Assembly: GCA_002269645.1 (NCBI GenBank)
Contig: NIVC01000661.1
Coordinates: forward strand, 62,001 to 126,000
Source: Macrostomum lignano
Taxonomy: Eukaryota
Direction of reading: 5' to 3'
Length of the DNA: 64,000 nt
Made by a program: the position numbers and the translations under genes. Positions within the stretch are counted from its first letter, which is position 1, and each line of letters opens with the position of its first letter. This document shows, one piece after another, positions 14,001 through 23,904 of this stretch. The notes beneath the pieces are model-generated. The model did not search any database. It was not told where the DNA came from and was given only the letters and a program-made list of their open reading frames with translations.

Positions 14001-14668
14001 GGTGTCTAACAGATCTAACAACTGTGTCTAATAGATCTAACAACTGTGTCTAACAGATCTAACAACTGTGTCTAACAGATCTAACAACTGTGTCTAACAG
14101 ATCTAACAACTGTGTCTAACAGGTTTATCAACTGTCTCTAACTGATCGAAAAATCTTATCTAACATTTTCAATAGGTCTAACAGGTCGAACGCAACTCAC
14201 GTGACTTCCCAGCTGCCCCGCCTCCGCAGCCGCCGCTGCCGCCGCCTCCTCGTCCGCCATCAGCTGTCGCTGCCGATCCGCCTGCGGCGCGAACACCGAC
14301 AGCGGCCTTCGCTGCCGCGGCCGTCGTCGTCGACCCGTTGTCGCTTCGACGACGTCGCCGAGCCCGGCCGGCAGGCTGTCCAGCTGCCGTCGACGCTGCG
14401 CTGAACTGACGGCCCTCGGCCGGCCGCCGCTGATGGCCGGCACGTCGATGACACTGTCCGACAGGGCGAGGCCGGACAGCGCCAGCTGCCGCTCCGCCTG
14501 TCGAAATTCGCGCCTGCGCGCCACGTCGCGCCGATCTTCGACTGCGCGCAGTTCGGAGAGTTCGCGCGCCAGCCGGTTCGACTCCATCTCGGCGCGGCGC
14601 TGGGCGCCGAGCATCGTCTGCGAGGTCTTCTTCTGCAGCTTGCGAAGGCTCTCCGTGGTCAGCGGCAT
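11025..14668 (-). CDS. Uncharacterised coiled-coil / low-complexity protein (multi-exon)
   Basis: Exon 14668-14201 starts at ATG (MPLTTESLRKLQKK...GQLGSH) and ends at donor GTGAGT. It splices in phase 0 to exon 12508-12129 (acceptor ctcctctccttccag; KQQQQ...ETR; donor gtatgg). A tentative last exon is 11043-11025 (acceptor ccttttgccag, TESQC-stop). The 5' end and last exon are uncertain. Confidence 0.65.
11320..11640. repeat. 21-bp minisatellite (CCATAGAGCATGAGACTGCGC)
   Basis: Tandem units with gradual drift along the array. Confidence 0.93.
12540..13020. repeat. 20-22-bp intronic minisatellite (TGGCGCCCAATTTTAGACTC[TG])
   Basis: Tandem units start about 30 nt from the exon acceptor. Confidence 0.95.
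13325..14122. repeat. 22-bp intronic minisatellite (CTAACAGATCTAACAACTGTGT)
   Basis: Tandem units are visible. Confidence 0.96.
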
Positions 14669-14684
14669 GGCCTGGGTGGCTGCC

Positions 14685-15300
14685 TGGCTGTCCTTGGTGT
14701 CTGCCTGGCTGTCCTTGGTGTCTGCCTGGCTGTCTGTCTGTCTGTCTGCCTGGCTGTCCTTGGTGTCTGCCTGGCTGTCTGTCTGTCTGTCTGCCTGGCT
14801 GTCCTTGGTGTCTTCCTGGCTGTCCTTGGTGTCTGCCTGGCTGTCTGTCTGTCTGTCTGCCTGGCTGTCCTTGGTGTCTTCCTGGCTGTCCTTGGTGTCA
14901 GCCTGGCTGTCTGTCTGTCTGTCTGCCTGGCTGTCCTTGGTGTCTGCCTGGCTGTCCTTGGTGTCTGCCTGGCTGTCTTTGGTGTCTGCCTGGCTGTCCT
15001 TGGTGTCTGCCTGGCTGTCTGTCTGTCTGTCTGCCTGGCTGTCCTTGGTGTCTGCCTGGCTGTCTGTCTGTCTGTCTGCCTGGCTGTCCTTGGTGTCTTC
15101 CTGGCTGTCCTTGGTGTCTGCCTGGCTGTCTGTCTGTCTGTCTGCCTGGCTGTCCTTGGTGTCTGCCTGGCTGTCCTTGGTGTCTGCCTGGCTGTCTTTG
15201 GTGTCTGCCTGGCTGTCCTTGGTGTCTGCCTGGCTGTCTGTCTGTCTGTCTGCCTGGCTGTCCTTGGTGTCTGCCTGGCTGTCTGTCTCTCTGTCTGTCT
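14685..15300. repeat. 21/24-bp minisatellite (TGTCTGCCTGGCTGTCCTTGG with TGTC variants)
   Basis: Tandem units, all multiples of 3 nt, in frame with the downstream exon. Confidence 0.93.
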
Positions 15301-15842
15301 GTGTGCCTGTCTTTCGATCTATTCTGTCCACCTTTCCAGTCTGCCCAAAAGCTTTGAAAAAAATTCTATATAAAATTTTTCATCATCAAGCCGCACTCTC
15401 AAGCCCCCACACCCCGTTACTGTGCGGTTGCTAAGCTCTGACCTGTGCAGAGACTTGGACTGCTTGAGCTTCATTTTACAAAGCCCTGAGCCTCTCGCTG
15501 CCCACTTTCCTGTCTGTCGCCCACCCCAGTTTCATAAATGCCTTCATTCTGGGCCCGCAGGAGTCTCAGCTGCCTCTCAGCCAGGTGCACAAAGGCTGGG
15601 CGATTATAAGTGCGCAGCCCAGGTGTACAATCGGACAATGGAGCAGCACTCTGACCCGCAGTGAGTTAACATTTTTCTATGCTTCTTAATAGCTGATTGT
15701 CATTAAAAATATGCAGAACAGACTACTTCAAGTGGAAAAAATAGAGTCAAAGTACAGTGCCGATTTGACACTTAGCTATGTCAGCACTTTGACACTATTA
15801 ATGTCAGTTCAGTTGACACTAATTATTAATTATGTCAGTAAT

Positions 15843-17950
15843 GCAACAACAACAATTTACGCAGCCCCGCAAGCAAAGTCGCAGAGCAGGGCGCGTCAGA
15901 TGGCGCGCCGCAGAGTCTGAGAGCGGACGAAGTCCGCCCCGCTGGCAGTGTCGGGCGCCCCGACGTCGCGTAGGAGGCAGTCCACGTATCGACGGGTTCG
16001 GGCCTGACCCCGCCTGAGTGGGCCCTGCAGGGTGAGTAGCAGGACGTCCTGAACAGGTTGGGGGCAGAAGCCCTCGGCCCTGATCACGTGTGGCCCGCCA
16101 GCTGAAGTCGCCGCCGGCACAGGATGATGGACGAGCGCTGCAGCTTGGCCCGATCGTACAGGGCCTCGGTCCCGACACTCGTGTCAACTCGAAAGGCCGC
16201 ACCGAGCAGCCCTGGGTGCGCCGAGTCCAGCTGCCGCTCTAGCGTAGCCGTCAGCGTCCACGTCTCGGCGTTGTAGAGCAGGACGGTTTCAACCACGCAG
16301 CGCTTCGGACTGGAGGACGGCCCGGATCGAACGGAAGGCCGCCCAGGCAAGTCCTCTGCGCCGCCGGAGGTCCTCTTCCACGTGGGGCACCAGACCGCCG
16401 AGGTAGGTGAACCGCTGGCAGCGTGCGAGCCTGGTCATCTGCCCGTCTGCGCCGCGGCATGTCAGGTCCTCTGGGATGTTGGCCGGCACAGTCAGCACCT
16501 CGGTCTTCAGCGTGTTGACAACCAGTCCGACGCTCGATGCCACCTCGACCAACCTGTCGATCTGGCGCTGGGCGCCTTTAACGGACGAGGACAGGAGGGC
16601 GAGGTCGTCGGCGTAGCCAAGCACGCTTAGGCGCTTTTCGCCGTGGTGGCGACCGATGCGTCTGCGCAGCAGGAAGCCGTCGTCAGCAGAGGGGAGTGCG
16701 GTCCGAAGCACCCAGTCTAGCAGCAGCACGAAGAGGAACGGCGCCAGCGTGTCGCCCTGCAAAACTCTTGATGAAGTGTCGAACAGGTCAGACAGGCCGT
16801 CCGCCGTCACCACAGCAGCTCGAGTATCGCAATACAGCGCCATGACAGCGTCGATTAGCTGCTGGGGTACCCGGTAGGCTCGAAGGACAAAGGGAAGCGC
16901 GGCTCTTAGCACCGAGTCAACGCCTTTCGAAAGTCTACGAAGACAATGATCAGCGTAGACTGGCGGATGCGCGCCTCCTCGATGACACGGCGGAGTGCGA
17001 GGATCTGAGTCAGTGTACCGCGTTGCGGCCGGAATCCCTTCTGCTTGTACCGCAGGGACGGGTCCAGCACCGCGCGCAACTGCAGGCGATCTAGCAGCAG
17101 CCGGCTGAAGAGCTTCGCGGTGCAGGACATCAGCGAGATCCCGCGGTGGTCTTCTTTCCGCGCTGTACCTGCCTTCTTCGGGATCGGCACGATGTGCGCG
17201 GCGGTCCACTCGGTGGGTGCAGGAGCGCCGCCAGCGAGCACGCGGTTCATGGCCCAGCTAGGAAGTCGAAGAAGGCACAAGCCTCCTCGGGGTGAGTAGC
17301 GGTGGGTGCACACGCGCAGCACAGCCGGATGCAGCGGGCGCGCAGTCGCAGGTCAACCCGCATCAGTCGCGGGGACAGCGAGATGCAGTGCACGCTCTGC
17401 TGGAGGCGCGGTCCGATCAGCACGCCGACACCGCCCCGACCACGGTCGTCTGCCGGCGTGTACAGGAGGCTCCAGCCGTCTCCAAAGTCCTCAGAGTGGA
17501 GCCCCAGCTCAGCCACGATAGAAACCTCCTGAAGCGTGACGAGGTCCAGCTGTAGATCGTGGGCCAGCTGGACAAGGATGGTGCGACGCCAGGGGGCCTT
17601 CAGAGTTCGGAAGTTCATCGTTCCGAGTCTGAGGCGGCCACCTGGTACAGCTGGGGCCAGATGAAGGTTGGCCTTGTGGTCCTCGGCGCCACCCGGCGGA
17701 TCCATAGCTGGAGTTGCAGGGACTGGGGCGACAGGCGCCTGGCCGCGCCACGGAGTCGCCCTCGCCGGTTGCGCTCGCGCCGCCGCTCAGTGCGACGTTG
17801 CGCGCTGCGCCGACCGACCTCTGCGAGTCCCTGCTGTGCTGAACGTTGCTACCGCAGCCGAAGCGCGGCCGTCCGAGCCAATCGAGGTCATCCGCGGCCT
17901 GATGACCTCTGATGATCTCCACCTCGATGCCAGGAGGTCAGTACTGTGAC
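15843..17950 (-). mobile_element. RTE-clade LINE, internally deleted and frameshifted
   Basis: APE domain: LGTMNFRTL...LQEV...GRGGVGVL. RT domain: WTAAHIVPIPKK, RGISL, QKGFR, VDFRKA, LQGDTLAPFLF, YADDLALL, FTYLG, LLYNAETW. A short 3' UTR ends in a (TTG)n tail at about 15843. Confidence 0.93.
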
Positions 17951-18589
17951 CCGAGTTATGTCAGGTACAAAGTACAATGACAATAATTGTCAGTAGAATG
18001 ACACTAAACATGATACCTACAAATCTGTGCCGAATTAATTTAGATTTACATTCAAATTAAATTTAAACAATTAAATTAAAATCTTCAGGCGCTTTTAATG
18101 CCACTGGTGAGTAGTGTTGTAAGGGTTTTAAAGGCAGAGAAATATCTAATTTTAATAAAAATAATCTTAAGGAGCATGAAAGTAAGGATTTTATCGATAT
18201 AATCCCGTATTTTTGGCTGTGAATATTTAGATTTATTACACTTCAAACCGTACCATTTAGTGCTCTGCCCCAATATTGAGTAGTAAAAATAGTAATATGT
18301 TGTAACATAATGAAATAAATTCAAATAGCAGTATTTTTACACGATTGGCGCTTATTTCACAACAAAATATCCTATTTGAGTATGAAACGACACGGCAAAT
18401 GTAGAGTCAAAATCAAAGCAAAATTAATCAGAAAAATTGCACTATGCAAGGTCGCGACAGAACTTGTAGTTTTTGTAGAAGTCGAAGCAGAAAGCAACTG
18501 TCTGTTTTTGAGAATTCCAGAGATAGAAATCCCTACTAATTCCGAGAAATTCCACGAATTCCCAGAAAAATCTCAGACAGTCCCACAAA

Positions 18590-18900
18590 TTCCAAGAAAT
18601 TCAAAGAAATTCTAAGTAAATCCCACAAATTCTAAGTAAATCCCACAAATTCTAAAAAAATCCCACAAATTCTACGAAAATCCCAAAAATTCTAAGAAAG
18701 TCCTATAAATTCCAAGAAAAATTCAAGAAAGTCTCAAAATCCTACAAATTCCCTGGTCCCACAGACAGTCCCACAGATTCCAAATCCCACAAATTCCAAG
18801 AAAATCCCATAAATTCTAAGAAAGTCTCATAATTTCTAGGAAAACCCCACAGATTCTAAGAAACTCCCACAAACTCTACGAAAATCCCACAAGTTCTGCA
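18590..18900. repeat. Degenerate ~20-bp A-rich minisatellite (AAATTCTAAGAAAATCCCAC-like)
   Basis: Imperfect units directly downstream of the CCDC190-like stop codon. Confidence 0.8.
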
Positions 18901-18915
18901 GTTCCAAGAAAAAGT

Positions 18916-21733
18916 TCAGAACGCTCTAAAAATCTCCTCGGTCGTGAGCTCGCGGTCGCGCTCAACAATTTCGGCATTGCGGCCGCGCAGATATCGCGCT
19001 TTGCGCGCCTCCTGCAGCAGCGCCCGAAAGTTGCGCTCGATTCGTCCAATTTCGGCGTCCTGCGCCGCCGGCTGGGCCACTGACGTCACCTCTGGCGCTC
19101 CGTCGTCGATAACTTCGCCGCGTCGAACTCGATTGGCCTTCGCCGGCGCAGCCGCCGCTGCCGCCGCCGCCTCATCAGTCACTTTCGGCGTCCTCCGCTG
19201 CCGGCGGAACCTCCAAGCGGCGGTCGCATCGGCGCCCAGCGCCGGCCGCCAGCTGTCGACGAATTCGCAGAGACGACGAATGGCGCCGTCGCGCGATCGG
19301 CGAGCCTCGCAGCTGCGCAGGAATTTCTCCAGACTGAGGCCGTCGATCTGCACCTCCTCTGCGCCGCCGCCGCCGCCGTTGCTGCCGTCCAACTGCTCTC
19401 GCTGCCTGGCAACGAACTCTGCGAGACGGGCCGCCTCCCAGTCGGTGAGGTCGCTGAACTCGTTGACCGTCGGCAAGTCGTCGCCGGTGTTGTTGCCGTC
19501 GGAGGAAATCTCGGCGACTTCGACGGGCTGCTGCTCCATGTCGTGCAGAAGGCGCTGAGATCTGGGAGTTGGAGGTGTGCGACCGGGGCTCGAAGCCGAA
19601 TTTACATGTACTTTGATATCTTGTGCGGTCCCCAACAGTCAGGCTCACTTCAAGCAAAGAAGTAAGTGTCATGTGCTGGAGAGAATTACTGAGATGTCAA
19701 GGCTCACGGAGAATAACTGAGATGCAAATGATTACGGGGGGGGGTTTCTGAGACGTCAAAATAAAAGTCAGAAGCTACTTCAAAGTACATGTAGTTTACT
19801 CAATTTTTTATTGCATTCTTTGTTGGCTCGCCACGGGGGGGGGCGCTGATAGAAGAAGAGTCATGTCGAAGTTAAAAGATTCATTTGGGAATTTGTTACG
19901 ATGTCAAGGCTTGGAGGGAATCGCTATAGTGCTGTGATTCTTGGGGAGGAATCACTAAAATGTCAAGGCTTAGGGGAGAAGAATGCTGCGATGTAAAGGC
20001 TTTAAGGTTAGGGCTAGGGTTTGGGTTTAGGTCAGGTTTGGGTTTAGGGTTAGGGTTTAGCGGGTTTCAAGGTTGACAGGGGATTTTTCAGATTTCAAGG
20101 TTTATGGGGGGCATCGCTGAGATGTCAAGATTTGCGAGGGGAATAGCTGAGATGTCAAGGCTCACAAGGGATTGCTGAGGTTATTGCAAAGAGAAGCTGT
20201 AGTTTAAACAGGTAGGAAACATGTAGTTTATTAAAAAGTTGAATAAAGCCTTGACAAAAGAAGCGTCATGTCAGACATTAAAGAAGCGTCATGTAAAAAA
20301 CGTCACATGAAACTGTGTGCTGTGACTCTTGGGAAGAATAGCTATGATGTCAAAGCTTACGGGGGGAATAGCTGAGATGTCAAGGCTAAAGTCAGAAGCT
20401 ACATGTAGTTTATTCAAAACTTTTTATTACATTAATATTTCTTGGCTACTCACGGGGGGGTCGCTGGTAGAAAAAGCGTCACGTAAAAAATAAAAGAAGC
20501 GTCATGTCGAAGTTCAGAGATTCATTTGGGAATCCCTACGATGTCGAGGCTTGCAGGGAATCGCTATAATGCTGTAGTGCTATAATGACTATTGGTGAGA
20601 ATTACTGAAATGTCAATGCTTGAGGGTTAGGATTAGGGTCGACAGATTTTTTTTAGATTTCAAGGCTTATGGGGGCATTGCTGAGATGTCAAGGGGGGAG
20701 TTGATATGTTAAGGCTTGTGGGGGGAACTGCTGACATGTCAAGGCTTACAAGGGACTGCTGGGGTAAAATGCAAAGTGACGTTACATGTAGTTTATTAAA
20801 AAAACTTGTACTGCATTTTTTGGCTCCCCAACGGGGGGCGCTGATTGCTAGTTAGCCCAAAATTCGACGTTTTGATGTGACAGCCTTCGGAATCGAACTC
20901 GGAGATCTTCACCGCTGAGCTACATGTAAGCCTAGATTTACATGTACTAACCGCCACCGGTTCAGCTTAACCCACCTGTGCCGGGCCTGCTCGCTGGTGT
21001 ACCGGTCCAGCCGAGCCTCCATCCCCGCCCGCTGCCTTCTCAGCCGCTCCAGCTCGGCGTCCGTGGCCACCGCCTCCGACACGAGGCGGCGTCGCAGCTG
21101 CTCGCCGGTCCGTCGCGACTGGCGGTGCGACTCCGACGCCAGCTGGTAGGAGCGCTGGCGCATGGCGCGGCCCCACTCCACTCGGCGCTTACCAACAGGC
21201 ATCCTGGGCGAAGCAAGCGGCAGTTCGGATGGTACGGATTCTGGACCGCATGTAGATTGAGCAGCATTGTGCCTTGATGAGGCATTTATTAACACCTGCT
21301 AATCAAGCTGTTTCCAGCCTCCATTCGCCCGGTGGCTAAGAGGCCAATGACAGTCTTTGGCTAACGTCTAATCCAGATTCTATTCGTAGTCCATGAACGA
21401 GCAGCCCGAAAACAGCACCCAACGGGGGGTGGCTGCACTAGAGCTGCTTCCTGTCGCGCCGTCTGCCAGCTACTAAAGTTTCTCTGCAAATTTACTTTGT
21501 CAAAGCCTCATCTGTGTTTTGCTCGGTCAGCCAGCGAGGCACTGGCTGCAGCAATAGGCCGTGTTTCTGCTTGTGGAAGACTGCTTAGCTCAATTGCCTG
21601 CCACTCACCCACCTGACTGTTAATGGACTTAGAAAGCCCTTCATAGTTGCTGCTTAGTTTTCCATTACGAAAATTGAGTTGGCTGAAAGGTTCGGAGCGG
21701 CCGGGCGAGATACCTAAAGGGCAGCTGCAGGGA
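18916..21733 (-). CDS. CCDC190 (C1orf110)-like coiled-coil protein
   Basis: Exons are 21733-21613 (tentative), 21295-20977 (donor GTGGGT, phase 2) and 19561-18916 (acceptor caactcccag, stop TGA), and the phases match. The N-terminus is coiled-coil. The C-terminal FRALLQEARKARYLR...ERDRELTTEEIF resembles the CCDC190 C-terminal motif ARxAHYLR...ERLLSIGEIF as I recall it. Confidence 0.6.
19665..20851 (+). mobile_element. Non-autonomous Helitron-like element, 3' portion (copy 1), inside an intron of the CCDC190-like gene
   Basis: Ends in hairpin GCTCCCC-AAC-GGGGGGC, 8 nt, CTAG (20848-20851), then T. It is the inverted homologue of 30654-31760. Confidence 0.75.
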
Positions 21734-21819
21734 CTGCAGGTGAAGATTAGGGGTTTAGAGAAAGCAGAGATGAGAGATTGGAGGAGAAAATGAATAGGGG
21801 CGAGCAGTGAGTGAGAATA

Positions 21820-22910
21820 GACGAGAATAGAGTGAGATTGAGAGTCAGTCACTGAGAATAGACTGAGATTGATAGTCAGTCAGTGAGAATAGATCGTGAG
21901 AATAGACTGAGATTGAGAGTCAGTCAGTGAGAATAGACTGAGATTGAGAGTCAGTCAGTGAGAATAGATCGTGAGAATAGACTGAGGTTGATAGTCAGTC
22001 AGTGAGAATAGATCGTGAGAATAGAGTGAGATTGAGAGTCAGTCAGTGAGAATAGACTGAGATCGAGAGTCAGTCAGTGAGAATAGACTGAGATCGAGAG
22101 TCAGTCAGTGAGAATAGACTGAGATTGAAAGTCAGTCAGTGAGAATAGACTGAGATTGAAAGTCAGTCAGTGAGAATAGACTGAGATTGAAAGTCAGTCA
22201 CTGATAATAGACTGAGATCGAGAGTCAGTCAGTGAGAATAGACTGAGATCGAGAGTCAGTCAGTGAGAATAGACTGAGATTGAAAGTCAGTCAGTGAGAA
22301 TAGTGAGATTGAGAGTCAGTCAGTGAGAATAGACTGAGATTGAGAGTCAGTCAGTGAGAATAGACTGAGATCGAGAGTCAGTCAGTGAGATAAGACTGAG
22401 ATTGAAAGTCAGTCACTGATAATAGACTGAGATTGAGAGTCAGTCAGTGAGAATAGACTGAGATTGAGAGTCAGTCAGTGAGAATAGACTGAGATTGAGA
22501 GTCAGTCAGTGAGAATAGACTGAGATCGAGAGTCAGTCAGTGAGAATAGACTGAGATTGAGAGTCAGTCAGTAAGAATAGACTGAGATCGAGAGTCAGTC
22601 AGTGAGAATAGACTGAGATCGAGAGTCAGTCAGTGAGAATAGACTGAGATCGAGAGTCAGTCAGTGAGAATAGAGTGAGATTGAGAGTCAGTCAGTGAGA
22701 ATAGACTGAGATCGAGAGTCAGTCAGTGAGAATAGACTGAGATCGAGAGTCAGTCAGTGAGAATAGACTGAGATTGAGAGTCAGTCAGTGAGAATAGACT
22801 GAGATTGAGAGTCAGTCAGTGAGAATAGACTGAGATTGAGAGTCAGTCAGTGAGAATAGACTGAGATTGAGAGTCAGGAATAGACTGAGATTGAGAGTCA
22901 GTCAGTGAGA
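21820..22910. repeat. 31-bp minisatellite (GAGAATAGACTGAGATTGAGAGTCAGTCAGT)
   Basis: Tandem units are visible. Confidence 0.96.
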
Positions 22911-23904
22911 AACCGATTAGGATTGAGTCTGTAAATAAAAGGCTGCAATGGCGGCACAATGGACAGGCAGGCAGACAGCCAAAATGAAAACAGCCGTTCG
23001 AACAATGGAAGCCTTGACTGCATAAACAGCTTTCCGAGTTGTCATTGTGAAGACCCAGTGCAGACTTCAGAGGGGCAGCTGTTCTCTCTGTCATTTATAT
23101 TTTATTATATTATAATTTCATTATTATTATGACCCACCCACCTGACCCTCCCCCCCCCAATTCAAGCCTCGGCATGGCAATGGAAAAGCTACTCAAAAAA
23201 TATAATCTGTTTATTACAGCCTCATCATTAAACTGGGAGGCTGGGCGATGCAGTAAAACAAAAAACACAGCTTAACAATTTTACAATGGAGAAGTTTTAT
23301 GGAGAGGAAAGTTAATAATCTTTTTATTGGCGGCTATAAAATAATTTGTTAATGCACAAGTGAAATCCTTTTTAATTTTGTTAGTTTTTTATAAACTGCA
23401 AACAAGTAGTATTATGGAAAATTGAAGTGTATTTTATTAAAAATACAAAAAAATCATTGATGAATTTCAACTTGAATAATAAATAGCAGAGCTGAAGCAA
23501 TAATTGCAATCGGTCGGGAAATGCAAGACTAAACTTGGGAGCTGGGCGTAAAAATGGAAATTTTTTAAGTCAGTATAAGGTCTAAGTGCTGATCTGACGC
23601 TTTATAAAGTCTACTACGATACATATCGGTGAATATGAAATATTAGAGACCATTGCTTTTATATAGCTTTAAAGTCGTTTACGCAACACATAGGCGTATT
23701 TTTCTAGTTTGAATACACATAAACCAATTTTTCAGAGTACGATACATATCGGCTGTTTTTTATCAAAAGCACACCCAAAACAACTTTTTAAAAAGTATGT
23801 TTTCGATACATATCGACAATCGTAACTCTGATGGTATGATATGATACTAATGAAAAAAATTGCAACGAAAATAACAAGTTTCATATTTTTAGCTTCAGAG
23901 TGAA

